Shown one piece after another: positions 12,131 through 25,060 of a stretch of DNA of 64,000 nucleotides. The notes below the pieces were generated by a model. The model was not told the DNA's origin. It was given only the letters and a program-made list of their open reading frames with translations, and did no database searches. Positions within the stretch are counted from its first letter, which is position 1. Each line of letters begins with the position of its first letter. Both the position numbers and the translations under genes were made by a program. This DNA is from Anthoceros angustus (lineage: Eukaryota > Plantae > Anthocerotophyta), in NCBI GenBank assembly GCA_010909165.1, contig VJWM01000103.1, forward strand, positions 992,001-1,056,000, in the 5' to 3' direction.

Positions 12131-14919
12131 GGAGATAGGAGGCGTGAAGTGGGTTACCTAGGTTTTTTGCAAGCGATCCAGACTAGAAGCGGGGCGGGAG
12201 GGGAAGAAAGGGAGGAGAGGGGAGGATGCGTAGCTTTCTCGTGGCTTCACCGGGTCGAGTTGGGGACGCAATCACATGATTTTGTGTATGTCAAGTTTTA
12301 GCGTCGATGTGCAAGCCATAGTCTTGTGAAGTGTGAAGCACGGGGTTTGAGTTTGGGGAATGCCGATTCGGAATGTTTTGTCAAATCACCGGACGCTATG
12401 AGCCAACGGTCAATGTCACATGGCATGGACTAGAGGCGGTTATATGTGAACTACACCATATCGGTTTTCCAATACTTTATTAGCGAAATGTATTCATCGG
12501 CATATACTTTGTACCTTGGGGATGTATATTTGAATAATATTATTCCATGTATTTTACATGAATAACACTAAGGCCCACAAGCAGTGAGCCGCTAGTGATG
12601 CATTACATCCAATTGTGTAACATGACGGTCTACACTTTTCCATATGCGGTTTGTAAAGGTAGCTTTGGTCGTCATGTATCCCAAAAAGTGACAGATTGAA
12701 ATAAAGCCTAAATAAATGTTCTAGTCTGCGCCATAAATTTATAAGGATCTCTACTTTTCTCCCGAATGCCTCTTTTGTTTAACCATGAGACATCGAGGTG
12801 TGGAAATATTGCCAATAAATTTCAAGTTTTGATGAAGTGGAATGGGTTTGGGTGTCTTGTGCTTGTATTTTTAGCGTTTCCCACAAACCCTCAAAATCAA
12901 CGTTTCGAGTTTTCTTAAGTGCAAATTTTGATAACATATTTGGCCCGTCTCCGGAAAGTGGAGTGTGTCACTAGCCCTAAGGAGACCTTGTTCTCTGTCC
13001 TTCTGGTTACAAGACCAAAACAACCCACATATTGTTCTTCCAGATAGCCCATTGGTTGACCCTGTGCCCAAATCAAGGTTTGAAGCTACAAGAGAAATAC
13101 GGTTGAGAACATATTTTTACAGGATGCAAGGAGATCTTAGATGCTGCTTATGAGCACAAAGAGTTGGCTTTTGATATTGCTGTTATTGTGGAACAAGCCA
13201 TGCATTAGGTGAGGACGTTGGTAGCTCAACACCTTGAAAAAGGCCAGACAAGAAAGTCGTTGCAACCATTCTCAGAGAACGAAGGACCTAACACATTGAA
13301 GCGATTGAAGTCATTTGACAAGAGGCCGAGGAAAAGCAATAAGAAGACTGTATCTTGGAATCTTAAGTTACGGGGGAGTCAACAAGAGAATTGAGTACAC
13401 ACGAAAGTAGCTGTGAGCATTTTGTAAGGGCAATAGCTGTGACAATTTTGTGTAGACAGTCTCAAGATCTGAAAATTCTGCTTAGCAGAGTACTCGGTGC
13501 TGGTCTTCAAACTTGTGACTTATGCAGCCCAGCATATAGGTAGTTGCTCTTCTTCGTTATGAGCCAAAGCCCTTTGTGTTTCTGAGCACACAGCTCTTCA
13601 TGTTTATGTTCATATGTCTCCCACTTCCCCTCACTCACAACCTTCGCGCCCCAGACTTTGCTCATCTTGTACTCTACCGCAGCGGGTCTAAGACTTTGCT
13701 CATCTTTGCTCATCTTGTACTGCCTGGTCTCGGACTTTGCTCATCTTGTACTCACCGGGTCTCCACCGTATAACTCGCACCTCACAAAACACGCTAACGG
13801 GACATCTCCTCAGAACGGGTCCCCGTTCACGTAAAACCCTTCAAACACGGCATCGCCGCTAACGGCAACATACCTAAGCATATCCTTAAGATCTCCTAAC
13901 TGGGATCTCTTACTCGTGACTAACCGTGATTATGTAACCCGGCCAGATACTCGACCGTCCCATGGGACTTCTTAGTCCCGCGGCCGGTACATCTTAGGGC
14001 ATGGTCACATGATGTTCATTTGATGTGCATGGAAATAGGGAGGGCATGGGCACCTATGGCCCTGCGGTATGGCGAGTGGCAGGCCTTAATGGCCTTCGGG
14101 TATTGATAGGCATGCATCTCTATATCCTTTTCAGCAACAAAGTACTGTAGAATGAAACATTATCAATACAATACAATTCTGAAACATACAACTTCTAATG
14201 CCCAGCTTCAACTCCTCAGATCTGTGACACGTACTCCAACACCGTGACAGCTCCAACACCGTGACAGCTTACGTGCTGTGACTACAAGCTACTTCCCGCT
14301 CTCAGCTTCGCTTGCAATGAGCCACACGCAGACTGTTACCCGCCTCGGCGTGAGAGACCGGAGGGTACCCATCGGTTGCTGATAATTCACCAGTAACATC
14401 GAATTTATTTCCCAGTAGACAACAGTGAATGTTCAGCGAAACAGGAGAGGAGTTACATCTACACCTGACATGTCCGGTGCGGTGGGCAACAGGATTTCAC
14501 CTCCCACGCTGATTCAGCTGACACTCACGTCAGACATCACCATCAGCCACTGCGCTACAACTCAATGAAAGATGGATTCTAGAGCGCAGTGTCATGCCTT
14601 TGCCTGAGGCACACCCTAAGGGTTTCACGGTGCGCTGACACTTAAGCTTTCATACAGTACACCTAAACCGCCGGCGAGTGGTGCGTTCATAAACAGATGG
14701 TGACACCGGACCTGTCCTCCTGCACAAACACACAACCAACAGTCAGGTGAGAAAAAGGATACCATCCCCACAACACCCACACAGATGCACGGGGACAGAC
14801 AATGCACCGTTGCCTATGTGCAACTTTCTGAGAACTAGGTGACCGTCCATACCTTGAAAGAATTCTTCGGTACAAGAATCCGCAGCTATTAAAGAAAAAA
14901 AACAAGCGCCAGTGCCGTC

Positions 14920-17790
14920 TCATGAACTCGAATCCACTGTCCATCTCTCTAGAGGCTTCAGATGCTGCATAATATTCGCAAATGAAGGCCTTTGCTTGGG
15001 ATCACTACGGCACAACCACATTTCAGTGTGAGATCAGGGGCATTTTGACGATCTGCAGTCCTTCTCTGTGTGAAAGATCAGCCGAAAAACGTATCATCCT
15101 CTATATGCAACCGACACTAGGGGTCCATAAACCTGCACTACAAACAACAAAAGAAGTACCTGAGCCAACATGACTCAATAATTGACACAATTTCAGGAGT
15201 TATGTCGCTCGGAATTTGAAGTCGTCTGCCCTGAAAACCAACTGCACCTACAACCTGCATTCACTGTTCACACCAAGCTTAACCCCTCCTTGCACAGCAT
15301 CGTAGAAATGCAGACCACCCCTCAGGTCGGATTCAGGAGCAGCAGAAACTGACCTGTGGAGGACTCAATCCATTCCAAGGCACTTGTACTGTCACTAGCT
15401 CCCACAAAACCACCCCAAAGCTATAATCATCACATTTTTCATTTGATTGTTCATCCCGAAGAACTTCAGGTGGCATCCACTCAGGCTGAATCAGATCGCC
15501 CAACAGTGATGTGAGCAGGAAGTAGGAAGAACCAAGTTTAGGCGCAGTAAGTTGAAAGAACCAAGTCCAGCACAAACAGCCAGGTTCCCACAAAGTAAAC
15601 AGCATCATCAATTCTCACCGTGCCAGCTCCTGATCGGGATGAGAGGAAAGTGCTCCCTTCGAATCGTGACAGACCAAAATCGCAAACCTGAAAATACAAA
15701 GCTATCAGATGCAAAGGGAAAAGCTACTGCCTACCAATGCATAAACCAAACTTCAAGCGTCAAACCAGCAATGGCACCAGATAAGCCTAAGGCCCCATCC
15801 AGGACAACACTTGAATCGAGGTATGTACCTTGAATGTCCAATTTTTGTCTACAAGCAGATTTGGAGTCTTCAGATAGCGATGCGCGAGAACAACATTTGG
15901 ATGGCGCAACCGCTTCAATATGGCAACCTGGACATCCAAAAAGCGAGAAAAGGGTTTATACCAATGAACAAATAGAGTATGCAAGACTGAGCAACACTGC
16001 ACAGGGTAGTAAGACATTGCATCTTGAAGTCCACACCTCCCTCAAAAACTCCTTCAGCCACTCCTCCCCTAAATCTTGCTCATTCAAAATCTTGACAGCT
16101 ACATCCTGTAAAACAAAAGCAGCATTGTTAAACTTCACACCCTGTAGAGGTGAGACTGGAACCAGCTGAAGACTTCAGCATCGCGTACGCCAATAGACAG
16201 CACCATTGAGAAGTAACCACCACTGAATTGAACGCACATGCATGATGGACCCAACACTATTTCCCAAAGACATTAGTAAGACTAAAAAATAAACTACTCA
16301 CCGAACCCTGCCAGTCTGCCCTGAGCACAGTTCCAAATGATCCTGCACATTTTGTGTGCAAAAAGCTATAGATCAGGGACAAACAAAAGAAATGCATTGA
16401 AGATGCACTCACCAACCCCAAACCAGTCGGTAGAGAAAGTACAGCATACAGCACACAATATACTCTGCACACCAAAGTAGCAAACGTAAAAACCTGACCT
16501 TATTGAGCAACAACTCACCGTGTCCAACGCGCTCACCCATCTTCAGATCCTCCCATGATATTTTATATTCCCCATGGAGAGCTTTGCCTTCAACCACTGC
16601 TAATGAGATTTCAGTACCCGTGGTGTTGAAATGCTCATCATTGGTCTTCATTACCTGAATCCTCTCCAGAAAATCCCTTTGAGCATCTTTGAGGTTATCT
16701 TTCTCATGAGTGGATGGGCGCTTGCCCTCATCGACGGAATTTCCTAGTGGAGAACCACTGGGCTCAGGGCCAGGTTCATTTCCGCAAAGGCCATCTACTC
16801 CTTCTCCATGCACTATCCCTACACCTACTTCAAGCCATTGCTGTAGATGCTGGCAACATCAATATCTACCTTGGATTATAACATCCTCAGCACTGGAAAC
16901 AGCTACAGAAGATCGCACTGGCCACAAGCTGCCAGGAGAAAGCCGATAATTTTCAAACTGCTTCATTCTGGCTGCTCGTCGTTTTACACCTGTGCACAGA
17001 AGTTGTAGTTAGACAAAAGGGCAATCTTTAAAGAAGCAACAGGTTTTGCTCAACTCGAGCACATTACTCTATACCTACGGGGCAAAACGCTTGGAGACCC
17101 AAACCCGACCACTCTCCTCAGACCTTTGGCAAACATCATTTACTAATGCAAGCAGAGCCACCCTCCATTAGGTCCCTGGCTTACCTTCTTCAGCAGCTTG
17201 TGAGCTAGAGTCTGAGGACGAGCTGCCACGACAGCCGTTAAATCTGCTCATAGATTTCTCATTTTGAGAGTCTTTGGAATCAGCCACGCATAACGGTGAA
17301 GCAACTGTGTTTGATGAAAAACCAAGCAAGGACGAGTCCAGCTGGCCAGGCCTTGCAATCAGATCAACGTGGAATTCTCTGCACACATCAATCTCAAGAG
17401 TGAGTTCAGTTATCTGTGAGCAACGCTAAAAACACGTGGCACAAACCAGGTCAGGAGCAGCACAGACCTGTCAACCCCACCCAGTATATTGCACGACAGC
17501 CCTTCCTCCAAGCAGCAATATTTCCACCCACAGACTATCCGGCAAGGCAATTTGATCTTATCTGCTAACCTCTGCAGACAGAACACATTCGCTCAGGAAC
17601 AAATATAAGGAAACAATTGTAGCAGTTCACCAAACGGGAAGATACTGAGAAAGCAAGTTTGCATTATTTTGCCTTCCAACCTCAGGGTAAACATCTGCCC
17701 AGGAAACAGGATAGGTGTTCAAAGTTAGAAGAGATTGAAAGGGAGTATATCCTGCACACAGCCTGCTAACATCCGACGCTCAGAGAATCG
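14920..17790 (-). pseudogene. CTR1/EDR1-type (group B3) Raf-like kinase, 5'-truncated, with an internal deletion
   Basis: GT-AG exons encode LADKIKLPCRIVCGWKYC (EDR1 domain), [109 protein letters not shown] and DPKQRPSFANIMQHLKPL-stop (14920-14922). Confidence 0.8.
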
Positions 17791-18570
17791 CAAGAACCTG
17801 AGGATGTGATGTGTAGTATTTGAGCACGTTCACTAGGCCAAAGCCTTGCATGAATTCCATAATTTGATCAATCTTGTTCAAGCCGATACTTGCAAGACTC
17901 GGGTGCTTTGAGTAGGCCTTAACAATGTCCTCAGGGTGCGGGAAACGGAAAAAACAGAAACACATCCTGTGGGCTCTACTAACACAGCTTTTTCCTTCAA
18001 CCAGTCTCCATCAACAGCCAATAGGTCCAGAACACGGTCACCATGCTCAACGACTGCATCTAAATTTTTGAGCTTGGCCAACGATATCCGCAAAACGGCG
18101 GATCGCACAGACGACCCTAAATGCGATTGAAGCTTGGCGAGGTTAGCTTCACTCAGCCCCCATTCCCTCAAAACTGCACCCTCGTCTGCACATTGGTAGT
18201 GAGCATGAACTTGGAGTCCACCATGTCGAATCCCAGCGGTTCCGTAATACTTTCCAGCATCTCGTCATCTGAACCCAGCTCAGGAGCGACTAAGCTCTCC
18301 CCCATTGCAGCCAGCTTCCAAGCCCTGCCCGGCTCCCCCACCTCCCGACCAGGGCTCGCCTCCACATCCACCATGGCCGCTGCCGATGAATACCTACCAC
18401 CTCCATGCGAATTCGGCAGCAACGCCAGGACTCGAGGACGGCTCGCAGAAGGCACCGCGTCCTCCTCTGACGCTCTCTCTTGTCCCCCACAAGCCCCCCG
18501 GAACCGCCTCACCGCACGCCATCCTTACCCCAGCCCCGCAGATCCGCGCAGTCTCTGGACGAGGCATCGC
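17790..18570 (-). pseudogene. mTERF-like fragment (frameshift at ~18170), abutting the kinase remnant
   Basis: VQTRVQF/LREWGLSEANLAKL and DIVKAYSKHPSLASIGLNKIDQIMEFMQGFGLVNVLKYYTSHPQVL resemble mTERF repeats, preceded by a transit-peptide-like N-terminus. Confidence 0.5.
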
Positions 18571-18948
18571 AGCCCCGCTCCTGCGTTCTTCATCACATAG
18601 TCCCTGCGCCCAACACGCATTCACAGTTCGCTGCGCTCGACAAGCATTTACAGTACCTGACGAGGTTCGCTTCACCCGGACCCGGGACTGACGCTACCAT
18701 CAACTTAGGGTTTGGAGAGAATCCCTCAGGTAAATATGTACATATGTACATCCATAGACGTCGTTCACATATGTACAGAGTAGCAGATCTCACCTACCAT
18801 TCTCAAGCTCATCTTACCTTCCATTCTCAAGCTCGACCGCTCGACCAAGGCTTTTTCGGCAAGCATTAAATGGAGCGGAGTCTGCACCGTCTGCTTGATT
18901 CCACCGGCCCGTGCAATCTTTGATAGCGGGAGGCTGGGAGCAGGCGCC

Positions 18949-20412
18949 ATGTTGCCTCATGGGCTAGAGGCAGTGGTGGTGGCGGGAGATGTGTTAGAGA
19001 TGGCGTGGGAGGCAGTGGAGCGACGACGTCTTAAAAAACCAAGTTGTGCGTTTCAGGAAGCTGCCTCTGTTTCTCAAGAGGGTTTAGAAGTGGAAGGGGC
19101 GCTGGCGCAAGAGCGTGCTGAAAATGAGCGACTGCGCGCTATTGTGGAGTCCTATCAGACTGCTTTGGCGGAAAACCGCAATCCCGAGGCTGGGGACCTT
19201 CCCTTGGAGGGCCAAGGGAATGAGGCCGCAGCTGTAAGATTTCGGTTCAGCCCTTGTTGGTTGAGCTCGTCAGTATGGCGCAATTCCCCTCTTGTTGGTT
19301 GAGCTCGTCAGTATGGCGCTCAGGGGAATTGCGGATTTCAGTTAAAGCCTTGTTGGTTGAGCTCGTTCGGATCGGATGGCGTTTAGGAGGATTGTGGAGG
19401 CTGACTTGGTCGGTTCGTTGGTTTCCAGGTCTGGACTCGATTGCGGAGGAGAGTGGAGTCGCCGGAGTTTCTTGTCACGCTTGAAGCAACGAGGAACGGC
19501 AGCTCTGGTTTGGCCGCGAGTGGTGGACACGGAGGTGGACACGGAGGTATTCTTTAATCTCTGCTGCAGGAATGATAGTCTTGTTATTCGGAGCATCAGG
19601 ATGGACATGGTTTTGAGATAGCCTGGGGCGATGAGTACAGGCTCCAAGCCGAGATCGGAAGGGGGAGACGGGTGGGTCGTTATATCCGACGAGGACGTCA
19701 TCGGTGAACCAAAGTTGGTGGAAGACTGTCTGAATTCCAGCGGGTATAGTGTCGTCACTCCGGATGAAGTTGTTGATGGTATTGCCCACTGTGTTGCCAC
19801 ATACATAACCTCGGTTCCTCAGGCGAAGGTGCGTGAAAGTTTTGTCTTGCAAGATGCCGGGATGTTGTTTGCATTTTTTTCCTTTTCTATGTTCGAATTG
19901 GTGGCAGCTTCCTGTCACTCATGTCCCATGTTTTGCTGCAGAGCATGTCGCCTAAGGACTTGCAGGCCGGTAAGCTCTGACCTAATCGGAGTGCTAAGCT
20001 GTTGTCGTCACGTCGATCATTAGCTTGAGGGCTTTAGGGCTTGATTGGGTCACAGCTGTCACGTCCTCGTTGGTTTTGATGCTTTTTTTTTGTTCTGTGC
20101 TGCTCTCAGCTCTTGCCAAAGCCTTTACCATCCGCCAGAAGAAAGGAAAATTGAAAAGGGTTTGGGATGCTAGTAAAGTTTGCTATAAATTCGTATCTTG
20201 GGGTGCAACTATTGTGGGGTAAGCTTTTGCATTGTTGCTTACCTTGCGCAGCCGTTTGTGCGCTTATCGGATCCGACGATTTCCCCTGGTCTTCCCATCC
20301 AAGAGGCGTTTGCTTGCTCTGCTGCAGAGTTTACCAACATCCGGTGGTCATCAGGGCTGCCGCCGTGGCTGCTTGGACTTCATGCAAGGTGATTGCACGC
20401 GTGGTCAAATAG
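18949..20412 (+). CDS. Conserved plant protein of unknown function (coiled-coil N-terminus), multi-exon
   Basis: VLEMAWEAVERR, DGWVVISDEDV...YSVVTPDEVVDGIAHCVATYITSVPQAK, SMSPKDLQA, KKGKLKRVWDASKVCYKFVSWGATIVG and VYQHPVVIRAAAVAAWTSCKVI-stop, with canonical splice sites; the exon 2-3 junction is uncertain. Confidence 0.7.
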
Positions 20413-20679
20413 GATCAGCATCGCTAAGGTAGTCATAGTGTGATTTTTTCTTCCAACCCTATGTACAGGAATGTGCCCATTTCGTTGCGTGTAAGACGGT
20501 CTTGGAGTTGAAGACCTAGTGCCATACACTTACTTGAACAGTGTCACACATTTTGTTTTTGAACTTTAATTGCCAAGTTTTCCAGTGCACACGTGCGAAC
20601 TTGCCGCTCCTGATGGTTACATACACCAAGTACGTGTTGGGTCAATGGTAAGCTTCCTTTTGAAACGGCGTCAAGGTCC

Positions 20680-21650
20680 GCCATGGAGATATGCCACTGT
20701 GACTGTTTGTAAGACTGTGTGCTGCCATCGCAGCGCCGCTGTGATGTGTCACCTTCACGGCTCGTTTTTGCAGTACAATATTGTACTAAAAATTTTGTAC
20801 AGTGCGCTTTGTCTTCTGTATAATGCGCTTTGTCGATTGATCAGTTGTGAGATAATCTGTAGACATACAGTCCCATCATGAAATTATCTCAAGACATATG
20901 GTCCCATCATGAACTATTACCGGAGTGCCAAGGGAGTATCAAAAGGTTTCCCCAAGTGCATTATCTCAAACAAAACCCTAGAGTGGCAGCAAAAAGTTTT
21001 TGAAGCACGCAAACAATTCGAGTGCACGCAATTCAGCGCACTTGAACCACAAGAAGAGAACTTTTCGAGTGCACGCAATTCAGCGCACTTGAACCACAAG
21101 AAGAGAACTTTTGGCTTTGAATACCTGCGGAAGCGTATGTATGATTAAGATTCGTTTGTATTTGATGCCATGTGGATGAAAATATTTATGAATACAATAT
21201 TTTATATCATCATAGAGAGAGAGTGAAAAAAAACTTTTCTCAGGAACTGCAAAGGGTGTGCAACCAGTATACCATAATCCCATGCAAGTGGCTCTATCAA
21301 GATGTATGTGAAAGGCATGTAGCAAAGTGGAGGCCAAGCCACGTGTCTAATTAGGACAAGAGCCAGCATCAAGCCTACATTATTGAGTAACATAAATATG
21401 GTGTACCAAATGCACACCAAGCCTACATTATTGAATAACATAAATATGGTGTACCAAATGCACACCCTTCGTTCGGAGAAAAGTTTTTTTCCAAGAAGTA
21501 GAGAAGAGAAGTAGCTTAGGAAAGTTTTCTGAAGCATGCAAACGATTCAAGTGCACGTTCGATATCATGAGCCGTATCAAAGAACTTTGGGCTTTAAATA
21601 CCATCGGCGGCATATATATGATAAAATACATATCTCTTCAAGGCACTATT
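20680..21650. repeat. Dispersed non-coding repeat, copy 1 (probable non-autonomous TE), with internal 47-bp and ~49-bp tandem duplications
   Basis: GTACAATATTGTAC, CCCATGCAAGTGGCTCT and GGCAT.TAGCAAAGTGGAGGC.AAGCCAC...CAAGCCTACATTATTG recur at 24690-25060. Confidence 0.55.
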
Positions 21651-22549
21651 CGTAAGGGGCACCTATAAATCCCTAGAATTAATGATTAATTAATTCTTAG
21701 GGTTAGATGTAGTTTTCTAATGGTAGTTACTCAAATAATTAGTTGTTATATTGGTTACTATAACAGCCTATGCTATGTAAAAACTTGCTTTCTTAATCTA
21801 ATCAATGATAGAAGCACCTTGAGCAAGCTATGATTTTCATCATGATATCATCTTGCTTTCAATGTTCATCATTATATCATAGCATCTTGCTCTCATATTA
21901 GAGCATCTTGCTCTTTGAACATATCATTTGCTATTTGCCAAGGCACAGTCTCCCTATGCATAATCTATTTTGAATTATCTAGCTACATGCATGGAGAGGA
22001 TGCTGCTTTTAGCGGCAATCAAATTATCTTAAATTAAATAAATATATTGCAACAAGGAGGAAGCAAGGATGTTAGAATATCAGGCTTATACACGAAAAGT
22101 CAGTCCCGTCAGGGTGTCAGTGATGTGAATATTATTAATGAGAGAAGAAAGGTGGTGAAACACATGCATGCTACGAACTTCTACTTGTGGGGAAATGCTC
22201 AGCTCACAACAATAGGTATGACTCGGAGGATTCACTCTCGTGCATGCGTGGTCATGTCGTACTTGCAAACCCCTCATACACACTTGCCCTATGCATCCTA
22301 AGTGGAATGGAGCTTCGTACAACAATATCATGGGATGATAGTATCATGGGATGATAGAAAGCGGCTCTTCTTGCTTTCACTAGGAGAAGTTGGAACACAC
22401 TAGAAGAATAGCATTCACACGATGATAGAAAGCGGCTCTTCTTGCTTTCACTAGAAGAAGTTGGAATAGACTAGAAGAATAGCATTCACACGGCACAGTA
22501 GAGAAGAAATCATTAGTCATCGACTATAGCTAGAGCAACGTGAGATGAT

Positions 22550-24617
22550 GGTGAATCCTCCTCAATCATCAGACTGGTCATACTCAACAACGAAGCCAAA
22601 GAGGACTATGGTGCACAATACTCATGGTAATAGAAAAGCGCCTAGTAGTAAGGCTCCATTATGTCTCCTTTATATAATTCATTTCGAACCCCTCCTTATA
22701 CTCATAGAGGCACAAGATTCGAGGTGCAGTTTTTAGTGTACCAAGGGGCACTCGCACTTAGGGCTTCTCGTTCCTTATCAACTGCCCTTATATACCCTTG
22801 TCGTTCCTTATCAACTGCCCTTATATATTCTGGAATGCATGCTCCCCTACACTCCCTTTTGACATGCTATTGGGATCCTCCATGAAAAGGTGAAGGCCAG
22901 GATCCGCACCCCCTATGCCGCCTTTGACCTTTTGGATTTGCTTTGCAATATAGGAGTGAGCAGGGAGATCCATCTTCTCCTAACTTATTTGGCTTCTACA
23001 TTCAGATGAGGTGGAGTCTTGGGTTGCGGAGTTTGGGGACCCTGGTTGCCTTCTCTCCTTGGTATACATAGCTATCTTCTTGTATGCAGATGACATTGCC
23101 CTTTTGTCTCACTCTCATGAGGACCTCCAACGATAATTGGACATATTGTCCCGCTTCTGCGAGGCAAGAGATTTGGAAGTGAACTTGAAGAAGACCAAGA
23201 TCATGTGTTTCAATCGGCGGGACCCAATTCATCACAACTTGAAGTTCTTCTATAATGGTCAGCCTGTGGAGACTGTTCGATCTTATGTCTACCTGGGTGG
23301 CACTCTCTATGGCGCGACACTTCGGTGGAAGCTCTCTGCCTCTGCTCGCATTGCTAAAGGGGCACTCTCTATGGCCCGACACTCCGGTGGAAGCTCTCTG
23401 CCTCTGCTCGCATTGCTAAAGAGGCACTCTCTATGGCCCGACACTTCGGTGGAAGCTCTCTGCCTCTGCTGGCATTGCTTAAGGGGTGCCATCGGCGTGT
23501 GAGGTTTGGAGACAGTGCTCTAGGATGCACATCAAGGACATCCCCACTCAGCAATGGCAATTTAACATAGTTGTCGTTCTTTCGTTTATGTATGCGGCCT
23601 AGTTTTGGGAACCTTGTCTCTCGTTGGACGACTAGTACAAGGTGGAAGAGGTCCTGACATCCTTTCTTTGGCCCCACATTGCATGTGAGAAGTCCGTCCC
23701 CCTTGCCATCTTTCTTGCAGAATTTGCCACCTTCCCCCTTGAACTTGAGGGTCTATTTCGCCTAACCAACTTTCTATACCGCCTCTATTCTTTAGAAGAA
23801 GCTCAGTCCACTCCCTCATACCTCCTCCTTGCCTTTCAGTCCTCCCGAAAGTTAGCCTCTTCAGGTAACAAGACTTGTTGGTATGCCCAGTCTTCGTCGT
23901 GGCTCTAGAAGTTTGGATTTTGTCATGAGAGTCTTCCAGCCCACCCCCTCTTCCAGTTTTTATCCCCTCCCCCGAATATGTCCATCCGCCTTGAGTTGCA
24001 AACTATTTATTTGTCCTATACTTGGTCTCCTATCTCTCCCTTACCCACTAAGTTCGATACCTATAAACAACTTTTTCGCATCCTTTCCAACTTTGGAAAA
24101 CCAGTGCTTCCTCTCTATCTTCGCACCCATGTGTCTTTCAAGCTAAGGATGATTACGGGTCATCTTCGTGTCGGGTCTCACCGCCTCAGGATTGAGACTG
24201 CCAATAGATGGCTACGTCCAAAGCCACCAAAAGAGTCCAGAATTTGCAGGTTATGCAACAGGGGTGTTGAGACAGAAGAACTCTTCGTGTTCCTCTGTCC
24301 ATTTATGAAGATATTAGGCGTACTTTTATCAATCTATTTACGACAGCTCGATCTTTACTCAGGGATTTTCTCTCTTTTCCTAATCCCATTATTGCAGGAG
24401 CTTGCTTTAAACAAATGTGGGATGTGAGAACACAATATATTCAACTTTTCAACCTGCCGGATATTTGATTATGTTTCACAGCTATAGTTTCAAGACCAGA
24501 CTCAGAATAACAGTTAATTCTCATTATACCCTATGTAACTCTGCTATCAATTGAGTCCCATAATAGAAATCCGTCCTTAGTAGACTTAAATAAAAGTCGT
24601 CTTCTTCTTCTTCTTCT
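22550..24617 (+). mobile_element. 5'-truncated non-LTR retrotransposon (LINE), RTE-X/RTE-like
   Basis: RT motifs QGDPSSPNLFGFYI, ADDIALL and LEVNLKKTKIMCF..YVYLG; C-terminal HLRVGSHRLRIET..W..RICRLCNRGVETEELFVFLCP; AATAAA at 24589-24594 then a (CTT)n tail at 24601-24617. Confidence 0.85.
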
Positions 24618-24689
24618 ATGCAGCTTATCTTATCTGATGTACAAAACACTCTGGCTTTGCTTATCGCGTAACGGGAGGCTATTAGGAAG

Positions 24690-25060
24690 CCATGGACATC
24701 ACATGCCACGGAGGACGTCAGACGCGCGAAGCATTTATCAATTCGGAGGTTGACACGCATGCTCGCGCTCACCTTTACGGCACGTTTTTGTTGTACAATA
24801 TTGTACAAATTCTGCAGTATGCGCGTGCTGCTGTACTGTCAGTGTCCCATGCAAGTGGCTCTGTGAGAGGCAGAGCAAAATCCTGATTCTTGTTTCTTTG
24901 CTACCTAGCTCAACGACACGCGAGAGAGGTATGTAAGAGGCATATAGCAAAGTGGAGGCGAAGCCACCTGCCTAACGAGGACAGGAAGCAGCACCAAGCC
25001 TACATTATTGTGAAGCCTCCTCTCTCACTCGGACAGGAAGCATACATTATTGAGTAACGT
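24690..25060. repeat. Dispersed non-coding repeat, copy 2
   Basis: Shares blocks with 20680-21470. Confidence 0.55.

Noticed and set aside
13654-13752. GACTTTGCTCATCTTGTACT x3 with variable intervening sequence (CRISPR-like look)
   Set aside because: Only three units, short irregular spacers that resemble each other, no cas genes and a eukaryotic context; it is a degenerate tandem repeat.
13514-13991. Possible solo LTR (TG...CA)
   Set aside because: Flanks AAACT and TCTTA are not a TSD, and no second copy is in the window.
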